A stretch of 63,631 bases of DNA, filler included, from Stramenopiles sp. TOSAG23-2 (Eukaryota): NCBI GenBank assembly GCA_900128395.1. It is 19 parts of 19 records of this genome, joined end to end, with 100 filler letters (N's around TTAATTAATTAA, not from the genome) between each part and the next. Parts side by side here need not be neighbours in the genome. Positions count along the whole stretch, not along the records: positions 32,617 to 36,128 come from LT651183.1; positions 36,229 to 39,737 come from LT651184.1; positions 39,838 to 43,342 come from LT651185.1; positions 43,443 to 46,946 come from LT651186.1; 15 more parts are not named here. One strand, written 5' to 3'. How positions within the stretch are numbered: position 1 is the first letter of the stretch; every line of letters starts with the position of its first letter. Positions 33,080 to 44,498 of this stretch are shown in pieces. The position numbers and the translations under genes were made by a program. Under the pieces are notes generated by a model, which saw only the letters and a list, made by a program, of their open reading frames with translations, ran no database searches and had not been told where the DNA came from.

Positions 33080-34329
33080 ATATATATAGTTGCTATACTT
33101 GATAGAAATATAATTAAATACACTATACGTATAACAAAATTCAAAGTTAAGTTGGATAACGACAATACAAAAACATTTAGATTGATTAACGAATGTGATT
33201 TACAACTTTATGAAGGAGTAGCTCTTTCACTTAACTCTCAATCACAGACAGAGGAACAATCTTTTGAATACTAAATAATTTTACTAAACTTTATAAATAA
33301 TTATTGTTTGTGATGTTGACTTGAGATGTTAATAAACGGGAGTAAAAGAAATTTATATAATATATGAGTAAGAGAACATTTTATATATATATATATGATA
33401 TGCATATCTCATATATCTCATAGTGGGGATAGTAAAATTAGCAGGTAAATAGGCTTTGTTAGTGTCTAGTTATATATATAAAATTCTTTAAACGGCCTCT
33501 ATAACATTCCCAAAATCACAAAAGTGCATAGAAGAAATGGAAGAGGGAAGGGATTTTTGTATCTTACCTAAGTATTATAATTTAATGCTAGTTAGTTATA
33601 TTCCTGATGTGATTTGCAGGTTGCAAAATTTCAAATTTTTCAGTATATACTAAATGATTTTTCTAGCTGCGTGATCAATTCTATTAAGGTGCTAAATATT
33701 AAGATAATATATTTAATATTACGATAGTATTAAATTTATCATATTACCCCTATCTTTATTTGAAAGTAAATATATTACCCTTAAATTTATTGGTAGGAAA
33801 ATTATTCCTAAAATTTAAAAGCATGTATATTAAAAATATTTTATATGCATAATATTTATTTTTTATATTTATCTGTGCAACTCTTACTGTACATGTACGA
33901 GGAGTGCCAGAGTAAGAGTGCTGATGGCCCGCTGGAGTGCCAGAGTGCCAGCCCTGGGCCAGCCAACCAGCCCTAAGACCAGAGTTCCTTCCAGCCTTCC
34001 AGCCTTATTATTATACGTATAATCATAGCTCTAGCTTTGCAACCAGAGTTAGAGTTGCGTTGTTGCGTTGCATTTATTTGAAAAATAATACATTAATTTT
34101 ATAAATATTATTATTACATTACCCATTACCCATTAACAATTCCTACTCTCAAGAGAATAACTTAACCAAGCACAATGGGTCAACGAAACTTGTTGAAATC
34201 TACAAGCCAAAGTGATTAAATCCGCAGTTTTTTGCCACAACCATGCACTTCAAGATCTTTATCCGGCTAGTTACCAGCTATACTGTTTACAACAGGATCT
34301 TTCATGTCGACAGCCTCAAAACATTTTCT

Positions 34330-36126
34330 TTACAAAAATCTGAGTATTGGCAATACAGTCTTTGCTACAAGCCATAGAAAATCATCAGGTCCATCCACTC
34401 GTGCCTCTGCCCGGTCAACTTGCGCTTGTAATTCTCTGATTTGTTCATTTTGCGTTTCTTCCCTCTCTCTTGCTTTCTTTTCAGCAGCTTGCATATGCAT
34501 CTCCATAACTTTCCTTTCTTTATCAGCTCGCTGTTCCCTCTCTCTTGCTTTCTTATCGGCAGCTTGCATATGCTTCTCCATAACTTTCCTGTCTTTATCA
34601 GCCCGCTTTTCTACTTTATCAGCTCTTTCAGCTTCCTTGCGCGCTTTCTCTTCTGCCACTCTTTTCTTCCAAGTTTCCTCCGCAGCTTTTTCAGCTTCCT
34701 TGCGCGCTTTCTCTTCTGCCACTCTTTTCTTCCTAGCTTCCTTGCGTGCTTTCTCTTCTGCCACTCTTTTCTTCCTAGCTTCCTCATCAGCTCTTTCTGC
34801 TTCCTTGCGCGCTTTCTCTTCTGCCATTCTTTTCTTCCTAGCTTCATCCTCAGCTCTTTCAGCTTCCTTGCGTGCTTTCTCTTCTGCCGCCCGTTTCTTC
34901 CTAGCTTCATTCTCGGCTCTTTCAGCTTCCTTGCGCGCTTTTTCCTCTGCAATTTTCTTCTCCATTAGAATACTATTCTTATTTGTTATTTCAACAATTT
35001 TTGATTCTAATAATTCCTTGCATTTTTGATTGAAGTCATTACTTTTAATAATTGGCGATTTTTCCATTTCAGTTTCTTTAAGTAAATTAAAGTTTTCTAC
35101 AATTTGCATTAACAGTAAACGCAATGCATTGTCCTCTAAAGGTTCATTAATTTTAATTTCCATTGCAAAATTTTTCAAATTCGCCATTGCTTCCTCACCT
35201 AATTTTGCAATCAATGCTTGCATCATGTCTGGTGGTGATAATTTTAAATCAGGATCTCTCGTTGCATCGCAAATATTTTTTAAAAATTTTGGTATCATCG
35301 AGCCGGTAAATGGAATCTCTTCATTATTCGCATCAACAAGACCTTTAGGATGAATGCAACATTTCCCAATAAGCGTTTTTAAAATACCTAACTTTTGCAT
35401 AAATTTTGGAAGCAATTCATCACCTGGCGTTAAACCTCTTTCACTTGCATCGTAATTTGGTACAGGCAATGCTACTACCTCAATACGTTGAAAACATTTT
35501 TTAATCGTCTTACGCATTTTATTGCGACTATTGCAAGCTTCACTTTCCTCATGCGTATCTACATCATCTTCATCTTCATCTTCAAAGAATTCTGTAAATA
35601 TTTCTTTTTCATCTAAATTGCAGTCACGACATACAACAATTAAATCACCAAATACATTTTTAGATTTCTTTGGCGTGATTTTTTTTGCACATTCCAACAT
35701 AACAGCAAAACGATTTAAAAAATCACCCTTTGCAGGTCTGCCAGGAGGACAATTAAATATCAGCACCGATGATATCATCAACATTGGCACGCTGACATTG
35801 ATATCACGTTTCACCGTACCATCGCCTTGACCTTGTAAATCAATTAATCCAACTAACGTTTCATCATTTTCAACACCAAATGATTTCATTGGCATTAATT
35901 GACCAATTTGCGCACCCATCGTACATGACTTTGTTTGATGAGCAACATGGAATATACCTTTTCTCCCTGTTAAGCATTCGCTTAAAAAACTTTTGCCAGT
36001 ACCCACTTGTCCTGCAATTGTTACAAGTGCAATTTGTTTGGATTCAACTATTTGACGTTTGAAAAAATGTTTTGCTTCATCGGTAATAGATGGAAAGTGA
36101 CCATCTAATTCAACGAGTTGAATAAT
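34330..36126 (-). CDS. Guanylate-binding protein (GBP/atlastin-like) GTPase with a repetitive coiled-coil tail, slightly 5' partial
   Basis: IIQLV...VTIAGQVGTGKSFL, SCTMG, LIDLQGQGD, ISSVLIFN, VVCRD, RNKMRKTIKKCF, LPVP, FTGSM. About six 20-aa EEKARKEAE repeats. Confidence 0.88.
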   Translation of the reverse strand: MIQLVELDGHFPSITDEAKHFFKRQIVESKQIALVTIAGQVGTGKSFLSECLTGRKGIFHVAHQTKSCTMGAQIGQLMPMKSFGVENDETLVGLIDLQGQGDGTVKRDINVSVPMLMISSVLIFNCPPGRPAKGDFLNRFAVMLECAKKITPKKSKNVFGDLIVVCRDCNLDEKEIFTEFFEDEDEDDVDTHEESEACNSRNKMRKTIKKCFQRIEVVALPVPNYDASERGLTPGDELLPKFMQKLGILKTLIGKCCIHPKGLVDANNEEIPFTGSMIPKFLKNICDATRDPDLKLSPPDMMQALIAKLGEEAMANLKNFAMEIKINEPLEDNALRLLLMQIVENFNLLKETEMEKSPIIKSNDFNQKCKELLESKIVEITNKNSILMEKKIAEEKARKEAERAENEARKKRAAEEKARKEAERAEDEARKKRMAEEKARKEAERADEEARKKRVAEEKARKEARKKRVAEEKARKEAEKAAEETWKKRVAEEKARKEAERADKVEKRADKDRKVMEKHMQAADKKAREREQRADKERKVMEMHMQAAEKKAREREETQNEQIRELQAQVDRAEARVDGPDDFLWLVAKTVLPILRFL

Positions 36127-36230
36127 TANNNNNNNNNNNNNNNNNNNNNNNNNNNNNNNNNNNNNNNNNNNNTTAATTAATTAANNNNNNNNNNNNNNNN
36201 NNNNNNNNNNNNNNNNNNNNNNNNNNNNCA

Positions 36231-37091
36231 GAACTGGAACGGCTTCGAATTGCAAGATTGGTCGAAAAAGAAAAACAGGAAAAGGAGCTTGCACGGGAAA
36301 AACAAAAGCGTTTGGATGCTATAGAGGCAAAACGCCATAAAGAAATGATGGTCATTGAAGCAAAACGGAAGAAAGAAGAGGCAAAGGCATTGAAAAAGAA
36401 GAAGAAACAAGAAAAAAAACGTGAAAAAGAAAGACAGAAAGCACTTATGGAAAAAAAGAAACATGATGATCTTGAACGATTCAAAGAGCTTGAAAGGGAA
36501 AAAGAGCATATAAAGAAAATGCGACACCAGCAAAAATTGCAAAAAATGAAACAAGATTCGCAACGTGCACTTGAAAAAGTTGAAACTCATAAACAAGGTC
36601 AAGATGTTTCTAAGAAAATTATGAAATACGTATTAAGTAGGGTTGACACTAATATTGAGCGCATCGAAGCAAAAAAACGAGAGGAACGAAAAGCCAAGAT
36701 TACACACCAAAAAAAAATGCTACGTGAGTGTAAGCTGTGGACAGAAGAATATGATGAAAATCTTGGCCGCGTATATTATCTCAATTATCGTACGCACAAA
36801 AAAAGTTATAAAATACCAGAATGTTGGGAATTTAAAGAACAATATGAAGCGGAAAAATATGAAAAGGAACAAGCAGAATGGGAAAATACTAATGGCGCGT
36901 ATGACGAAGGGCAAGAATATAATAATGAATATGACCAGCAATATAACCAAGAAGAGTATTACGATGACCAGCAATATAACCAAGAAGAGTATTACGATGA
37001 AACACAACAAGAATATGGTGGTGAATATGTTGACGAATCTAAATATTATGAAGGACAAGATGATGGACAGACGTATTACGGTGATTATTAA
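36231..37091 (+). CDS. Coiled-coil protein with a WW domain and acidic Tyr-rich tail, 5' partial
   Basis: WTEEYDENLGRVYYLNYRTHKKSYKIP (WW-like, second W replaced by Y); DQQYNQEEYYD repeats. Confidence 0.75.
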   Translation, partial: ELERLRIARLVEKEKQEKELAREKQKRLDAIEAKRHKEMMVIEAKRKKEEAKALKKKKKQEKKREKERQKALMEKKKHDDLERFKELEREKEHIKKMRHQQKLQKMKQDSQRALEKVETHKQGQDVSKKIMKYVLSRVDTNIERIEAKKREERKAKITHQKKMLRECKLWTEEYDENLGRVYYLNYRTHKKSYKIPECWEFKEQYEAEKYEKEQAEWENTNGAYDEGQEYNNEYDQQYNQEEYYDDQQYNQEEYYDETQQEYGGEYVDESKYYEGQDDGQTYYGDY

Positions 37092-37325
37092 TATTTTACG
37101 TACTCGGTACTCTGGTATAGAAGTGATACCGTAGAATTTTTTTTTTGTGTACGACGCACATTATTATAAAAAAAAATAAGAAAAAAAAATACGAATCGTA
37201 TGAAATATATAGAGTTTAAATATACTCGTACAGTACGAACTTCGTATATTACGTACGAATAATTTTTTATCACCCTCTCCCTATTTTTTAATATCATATC
37301 ATATGCATATATATATATATATATT

Positions 37326-39506
37326 TCATTTTGTTGCTCCATCGGTACTACTTCCGGAATTTTCACCTACACTCAATAACTCACGATAATACGCTTCTAA
37401 CTTTGCGCCATCCTCATATAATTCACTTTCTGGTGTATTAAACAATTTACAATTGACAAATATTTGTTCCATGTCTTTTAAAAAGTGTTTTTTACTTGTA
37501 TATTTGCCTTCATGCAACTTTCTCCCCATAGACAATAAATCAACTGGTTTTTTAATCACTTTAAAATATTCTTTGAACCCAGGATCAATTGGCGCGGTAA
37601 ATGGACCAGCTAAATCATGAATGCGCACCGTATACAATATGTTTGTGCAATAGATATAATCATCTTGCGGCATAGAATACGTGGCCACACCTCTTCTTGA
37701 TGACGTATTACCTAGCAATTGTTCCAAAACGCGTTCCATCGACGTTGCATCTTTATATAGCTGCGTCCCTTCTGTATTGAATAATTTACAATTCAGGAAT
37801 ATTTGTCTAATTTCTTTCACACATGCTTCTTTACTATCATAATTCCCTCTCTCAAATTTTCGTGTCATAGTGGTAAAATCCATAGGACGCTTCACAATTT
37901 TATGATAATTTGGAATTGATCTCGATACAGGTTCATAAAACGGTAATGCCAAAGCATGAGTCTTCAGCGTCTCAATCGCCATCAGGCACCAAGCATAATC
38001 ACCGCCTAACAATCGTTTTCGTTTCTTACCCCCAGGAGTAGTCGACTTCTTCCCGCTACTTTGTCGTCCACCATCACCACCGCCGGAATCTTTCCTAACC
38101 GCTGAAGGATTTGTAAACTCTTTGATGTATTCTGCAAATTCCATGCCTATTTTGTAAATTTGTGATCCTGGTTTATTAAACGTTTTGCAATTTTTGACTA
38201 TCAAATTTAAATCTTGTAAAAACTCTCGTTTACTTTTATACTTATTTGATTTGATTTTATCCGCCATAGTTTTTAAATCCATTGGATTCTTAATAATTTC
38301 ATGATATTTAGGGACAGTTGTTGGTACAGGATATAAAAATATATCAGCTGCTGAATGTCCTCGAATTTGACTTAAACAAAGCTCTGCCCATTTCTTTTCA
38401 CCTAGCGTTAATTCCTTTTGATCCTCTATAATTGGTGCCTCTACCTCAAGTTCAACAAATTTCGTACTATCGGCACTTTCTGCTTCTTCTGTTGTTTCCA
38501 CTTCTTTACCTTCTTCTTTCTTTTTCTTTAGGGTTTCTTTACTTTTCTTCTCTTTTTTCTTTCTTCCTGGCTTCTTTTTTTGAACGATTGGCGCTTCAGA
38601 TTCTGTTACTTCCGTAGACACTTCCTGCGGTATTACTTTTTCTTCTTCTTCTTCCACGACCATTTCCTCTTCCTTAGATGATGCAGAAGCCTTCTTCTTC
38701 TTTTTCTTCTTCTTTTTCTTATCATTCTTATCATCACCATCATCAGTTTTACTAGTATTACTATCACCATCATTATCTGGATTCTTTATTTTTTTCTTAC
38801 GCCCAGGTTTTTTCTTAGGTTCACTTGTTTCACTTTCAGCATCATTTCCTTTCTCAATTGCGACCTCCTCTTCTACATTACTCGGAACGTCCTCTTTGAC
38901 ATTTGTATCATCTGCGTTGTTGATTTTCGAACTTTTCTTATTTGGTGGTTGTTCGTCTGGACTTGTATTGTTGCTATTACTATTAACATTTGTATCTCCA
39001 GCTTCTTCCCTAGAGCGTTTTCCTAATGATGTTGTTGTTCCTTGCTCCATTGCTTGTGCAGGTGAAGTATTACTTAAATTCACAGCTTTAATGCCAGTCA
39101 AAGCTGATAACCCCGATAGTTCATTTTCAAGCTCACGTTTACTAGGAGGCGATGCTTGTATTATTGGCAACTTATTGCTTTGTTTTTTATTTTTCTTACG
39201 AGTTTGTTGCTGTGTTCCTTTCATGTCAGCATATTTACCTTTAAATGGTAACGTCAATCCAAGTTGATGCGCACGTGCATCAAAGTAGTTTGTCAATAGC
39301 ATTAAAGAATTGTTTGATAGATCAGCGAAATCAATTGAATAAATTTTTCCTTGTTGGACACTTGGCATAGCATATTTCCGTGGACTTTTACCTTCAGGCA
39401 AATCTTTATATATTAAAGATATAGCAGCTTGTAACTCAGCACCAGATAATTTCCTAAAATAATCACAAACTTTTCGTGTCTCCGATGCGGTTAAACTTTT
39501 TTTCAT
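37326..39506 (-). CDS. BET-like chromatin reader: N-terminal ET/NET-like domain plus three bromodomains
   Basis: ET-like LTASETRKV...LSGAELQAAISLI...SIDFADLSNNSLMLL. Three bromodomains (F..P...Y..II/V..PMD/PVD...NCK.FN). First ATG at 39506; a possible upstream acceptor near 39550. Confidence 0.88.
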   Translation of the reverse strand: MKKSLTASETRKVCDYFRKLSGAELQAAISLIYKDLPEGKSPRKYAMPSVQQGKIYSIDFADLSNNSLMLLTNYFDARAHQLGLTLPFKGKYADMKGTQQQTRKKNKKQSNKLPIIQASPPSKRELENELSGLSALTGIKAVNLSNTSPAQAMEQGTTTSLGKRSREEAGDTNVNSNSNNTSPDEQPPNKKSSKINNADDTNVKEDVPSNVEEEVAIEKGNDAESETSEPKKKPGRKKKIKNPDNDGDSNTSKTDDGDDKNDKKKKKKKKKKASASSKEEEMVVEEEEEKVIPQEVSTEVTESEAPIVQKKKPGRKKKEKKSKETLKKKKEEGKEVETTEEAESADSTKFVELEVEAPIIEDQKELTLGEKKWAELCLSQIRGHSAADIFLYPVPTTVPKYHEIIKNPMDLKTMADKIKSNKYKSKREFLQDLNLIVKNCKTFNKPGSQIYKIGMEFAEYIKEFTNPSAVRKDSGGGDGGRQSSGKKSTTPGGKKRKRLLGGDYAWCLMAIETLKTHALALPFYEPVSRSIPNYHKIVKRPMDFTTMTRKFERGNYDSKEACVKEIRQIFLNCKLFNTEGTQLYKDATSMERVLEQLLGNTSSRRGVATYSMPQDDYIYCTNILYTVRIHDLAGPFTAPIDPGFKEYFKVIKKPVDLLSMGRKLHEGKYTSKKHFLKDMEQIFVNCKLFNTPESELYEDGAKLEAYYRELLSVGENSGSSTDGATK

Positions 39507-39837
39507 GATTGAACACCGGCCGTGATCTTTTTCTTTCGTCAATTGGTCTCTATATAAAATATATAATATTATAGAATTTCTACGTGTCAAAAAAATTAAA
39601 TATATATATGTTATATAATATCTTGTTTTTTGTATGGAAGAGATATAATATGTTTTTAAAATAAATAATTTAAATTAATTTCATTAATTAATTAATTAAT
39701 AGATTACTGGATTACCAGCAGGGATTAATTTATAGTANNNNNNNNNNNNNNNNNNNNNNNNNNNNNNNNNNNNNNNNNNNNTTAATTAATTAANNNNNNN
39801 NNNNNNNNNNNNNNNNNNNNNNNNNNNNNNNNNNNNN

Positions 39838-39947
39838 CAAATATCCGAAAATATAGAAAAAATGATGAATATTTCCCCCATAGTGAATAGTGTTAAGTAT
39901 ACATTTTTGACACGGTTTTTACATTTTTGACACGGTTTGAGGGTAGC
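39838..39947 (-). mobile_element. Putative TIR of a TA-inserting DNA transposon/MITE (right end)
   Basis: Ends ...GACACGGTTTGAGGG-TA-GC. Reverse complement of 25193-25286, with an internal ~20-bp duplication. Confidence 0.55.
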
Positions 39948-40377
39948 TTGTGATCCGCTCTAAATAGATTTAATAGAGCAATAAAGTTGAATATTTAAAC
40001 CAGTTTAGACTACGTACTGTGTTTACTTGAATTACTGTTTAATAGGCAGATGCATTTTTTTGAGAAAAAATAAAAAAAGTTAAAAAATTATTTGTACATA
40101 TATGTACATATATATATTCATTCATTCATGTACATCATGCAACGGGATTTGTTCAAGTGCTTTTTCTATCTTCTACATAGAAAGACTCCAATCGCATCTT
40201 GTCGCTTTGAGAGAAAAAACAAAAAGGTTAGTATCTATAACAACGTCAAATTGTGATTCTTGATTTGTTAAGCACCAGAAATATTTACGTACTAATATAT
40301 ATATATATATATTATACATACCCACCCATATATATATATATAATTACAGACATAATAATTTAATTATTCATATTGTC

Positions 40378-40602
40378 ATGCAAACGATATTACAAATTGT
40401 GTTTTTTTTTGTATGTCTCCACGGCTTGTTGATTAGTTTGAATGCAAACAATTGGTGTTTACACAAAGAAACATTTGGCAAGTTCAATGTGACTACAGAT
40501 TGTCAATTGCAATATGAAATTGCAATAGTAGGTGGAAATCAGTTAGAACTCGAAGGTATGGGATATAATCTGAAAATTCATCGGGTAGACGATCAACCAG
40601 CC

Positions 40603-40638
<36 letters not shown>

Positions 40639-40965
40639 TACGCCAATAATGGTTTACATCGTCTATTTAATATATCTCAAAATAGCAAATTAATTTTACG
40701 TAATTTAATTTTACAAGGCGGGAATGTTCAAATGAAGAACTGCTCAAAACGCGATGTATGCTACGGTGGTGCCATTTACGTTGCAGGTACGTCATCCTCG
40801 TTGATCGTTGATAATGTTTTTATTATCAATAACCATGCAGTTCTTGGCGGTGCAATTTTCGGTATTGATGGCGCTTCTATTCAATTGTACAATGCAGTTG
40901 TTGAAGATTGCAAAGCAAGCGTTGCTGGTGGCGCTGTTTTTGTTGCTGGTTTGAACAGTATAGTA
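40378..40965 (+). CDS. Secreted beta-helix / polymorphic-membrane-protein-like N-terminus (truncated by a probable chimeric junction)
   Basis: Signal peptide, RLFNI...LILRNLILQGG, GGAIYV / GGAIF / GGAVFV repeats. After ~40965 a different frame encodes an unrelated C-terminus. Confidence 0.7.
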
Positions 40966-41378
40966 AGCGTATTGGCAGGAGTAGGAGAAGTAGCTCTTCG
41001 GAAAGTAGTGGCTATGCCAGCAGCCATGAAAGTGATGAAGGTATAGAAGACAAAGCCATCGTAAATTGGGCAAGATTCTATGAAAAATATGGTGTTGAAG
41101 AAGCTGAAAAGCATGGCTACACAGAAGCGCATTACAAAGAGTATTTAATTCACAAAAAACGAGCAATGTTAAAAAAGGCAGAAGAAAAAGCAAATGCTAC
41201 TGAGGAACATCAAAAAAATCAAACGGGAAGCATTGTGGTAGAAAAGCAACGAATTACCAAAAACCCATTGCTTGAACTTTTACATGGTGATAAGAAAGGC
41301 AAAACAGAGGCAGAAACACCAAAAACAATAAGAGTCACCATTACCGGCCTTCCCAACGACAGTGAGGAGGAAGGTTGA
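40965..41378 (+). CDS. 3' fragment of an unknown gene
   Basis: RIGRSRRSSSSESSGY...NWARFYEKYG...DSEEEG* has natural composition in the second frame. Confidence 0.55.
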   Translation, partial: KRIGRSRRSSSSESSGYASSHESDEGIEDKAIVNWARFYEKYGVEEAEKHGYTEAHYKEYLIHKKRAMLKKAEEKANATEEHQKNQTGSIVVEKQRITKNPLLELLHGDKKGKTEAETPKTIRVTITGLPNDSEEEG

Positions 41379-42133
41379 GTCCCTGATTAACTATATAACT
41401 ATAAGTAAAATATTTTTGAAATTTTAAAGCATTTAAATATATTATTACGTGGTGGTTTTGTCCAGGAAAATAATATGCCAATTATTATTTATAATATATT
41501 TTATGTATAATATACTACCAACTACAATATCCTATACATTTTTTACCGATCATCAAAAAAAAAAAAAAAAAATCGATGAACCTAAATCGTTGAGTGAGTT
41601 TAAGTTTATTATATTATATTTGATATTCTAATTTATCATTCAAGTATAAATTATGTGTCATTTGATAGCGGATTTACCAGGTAGATAAAACAAAATAAGC
41701 AAAGCACGTGGAGAAAAGAAGCTATATACATTCCATAATTTATTATGTTAAGTATATTGTATTTGTATATTAAAAGTAGTGTAAGAATACTAGATATTGT
41801 ACTCTCATATTTATCAAATATATATCAAATCGCCCGCACCTTCACGTTCTAGTTCACAATTCACAATACTAAACCAGTATACAAAAGGCACAAAAAAGCT
41901 ATATGATTATTAGATTATTATATACTATTTTAATACCGATAATCCTTAATTTAAATTATATATATTCATTAAATTAATAAATAAATTGTGATTGACAACA
42001 TCGATGTATATAAAGAGTAATAAACAAGCAAAAGTGAAAAAAGACCAATTCATTTTGGATTATTACATATATATATAATATATATATAGTAGTATATAGT
42101 AATAACACAACAACAACGATTTTTAAAAAAAAA

Positions 42134-43341
42134 ATGTCGACGGATACAACAACTACTACTACAACTACTACTAATGCAAATGCTGCAACAACACCGGCAA
42201 CTACTAAATCAACACAAAAAGAAATATATGATTACCATGCACCACATGCAGTATATGGTTTAGGATGGAGTGCAAGGAAAGACAAACCATTTCGTTTAGC
42301 ACTACTACAACTACTACTAATGCAAATGCTGCAACAACACCGGCAACTACTAAAACAACACAAAAAGAAATATATGATTACCATGCACCACATGCAGTAT
42401 ATGGTTTAGGATGGAGTGCAAGGAAAGACAAACCATTTCGTTTAGCTGTAGGTTCTTTTATTGAAGAATATACAAACAAAGTAGAAATTATACAATTGAT
42501 AAAAGATGGTGATGATGAGAAATTCAAAGTGACAGGTACTTTTGACCATCCATATCCAACAACAAAAATAATGTGGTTACCAAAACCAGATAATAATGAA
42601 AAAGACATATTAGCAACCACTGGTGATTATTTACGTATATGGGAAATCGATAGTGATAGCAATAAAGTCAACCAATCACAATTGTTAAATAATAGTAAAA
42701 ATAGTGAATATTGTGCACCATTGACAGCATTTGATTGGAACGAAACGGATCGTAATACGATTGTGACCTCCAGTATTGATACTACATGTACAATTTGGGA
42801 TATTGAGAAAGGTGTTGCAAAAACACAATTAATTGCACATGATAAAGAAGTATATGATGTTGCATTTACACGTGGTAAGGATATATTTGGTAGTGTTGGT
42901 GCAGATGGTAGTGTTCGTATGTTTGATTTAAGAAGTTTAGAACATTCTACAATCATTTATGAAGATAAAACATCGCAGCCATTATTAAGATTAGTATGGA
43001 ATAAACAAGATCCAAATTATTTAGCAACATTATTATTGGACGATAATCAAACATTGATATTAGATGTACGTATACCATCTATCCCGGTTGCACGATTAAA
43101 TGGACATAGTGCATGTGTCAATGCAATGGAATGGGCGCCACATAGTAGTTGTCATATATGTACAGTCGGGGATGATAGTAAAGCATTGATATGGGATTTA
43201 TCACACATACCAAAACCTATAGAAGATCCTATATTAGCATATGGTGCAGATGGTGAAATCAATCAATTAAAATGGAGTGCCTCGCAACCGGATTGGGTTA
43301 GTATTGCATTTGGTAACAGAATACAAGTTTTACGACTATAA
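42134..43341 (+). CDS. DCAF7: WD40 protein DCAF7/WDR68/AN11, with a frameshifting 146-bp duplication
   Basis: FRLAVGSFIEEYTNKV, FDHPYPTTKIMW, CAPLTAFDWN, TQLIAHDKEVYD, DLRSLEHSTIIYE, WAPHSSCHICT. Removing one of 42155-42300 / 42301-42446 gives an intact ORF. Confidence 0.95.
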
Positions 43342-43623
43342 ANNNNNNNNNNNNNNNNNNNNNNNNNNNNNNNNNNNNNNNNNNNNTTAATTAATTAANN
43401 NNNNNNNNNNNNNNNNNNNNNNNNNNNNNNNNNNNNNNNNNNAGTGTGGTTCCACAACTTCTTGTATTTCCTTTAAGGTTTGCTTTGCTAAATCCTCCCT
43501 ATATATATATATATATATATCAGTTTTTCTTCTCCGGTTCTAAAATTCTATTTTATCTTTAGTGCTTTACACACTAGTCGAGCTAATAAATATTTTTTAC
43601 CATCTCGCACCACTCCCCTCCAG

Positions 43624-44096
43624 AAGGTATTAATTGTAAAGATGCTGGTAATGGTAATACGCCAATACATATTGCAGCACAAAATGGACATATACATTTG
43701 GTGAAATATTTAGTTGAAAAAGGTTGCCAATGTAATGACCAAAATGGTACTGGTAATACGGCATTACATATGGCAATGGCATATGATTATTATTGGTGTG
43801 CAAAAATATTAAGAGAACAAGGAAATGCAGATGCAACGATCAAAAACAATGATGGATTTGAAGCAATTTCAGGTATTGAAGGAGATAAAAAAGAAGGTGA
43901 TTTTGTCCCTGCAATGATATCGGCACACAATGCAGAAGAATTGAACGAAGCAATGAAAGGATTGCAAACTCAAGATATATCAACTATTGATAAAGCAAAC
44001 TTTATACAAGCTGGCATGCAGAAGAAAAAAACAGCAAAAGATATATGGACTGGTGAAGTGCAAGGTATATTTACTGATATCGTTAAAGCATTGTAA
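43624..44096 (+). CDS. Ankyrin-repeat protein, last exon
   Basis: GNTPIHIAAQNGH and GNTALHMA. Preceded by an intron-like pyrimidine tract, a GCTAAT branch-like site (~43582) and a CAG acceptor at 43621-43623. Confidence 0.85.
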
Positions 44097-44498
44097 AAAA
44101 AAAAAAATAAAAGAATAACAACAGATTTTTCACAAGAGAAAGAGGAGTATGATATATATATATATGTTAAATAATTTATTACAAAAAGATATTTTATAAA
44201 ACACATTTTAAAAAATGATGTTTTTTTTAAAATATATAATATTTGGGATGTGTGCGAGATAGATATTTGTGGAAAAAGTGAGATGCGTAGGATGTGATAC
44301 GCGCGCTGTTAGAAAAAATTAAAAATTACGGGAGTCGTATAACCGTTGATGTGTATTTTGAATTTTACGATTTTATTTTATTTTAAAACAACTCTCCACT
44401 CTGATCCTACCACCAAAATTATAATGTGAGTTAAAAATCTACTCGAAAGAGTTTTACGACTTCGTACATAAAATTAAAAAATTTATATTTAAAAACGA

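Noticed and set aside
34304-35029. 241-aa and 175-aa plus-strand ORFs over the GBP tail, and similar antisense ORFs elsewhere
   Set aside because: F/S/L-rich shadows of K/E/R-rich repeats on the opposite strand.
4044-43341. Cluster of animal-development-like genes (PCGF, Patched, LNR, GPCR, DCAF7, GBP)
   Set aside because: Mostly on separate size-sorted contigs; PCGF and Patched share a contig only through a probable chimeric junction.
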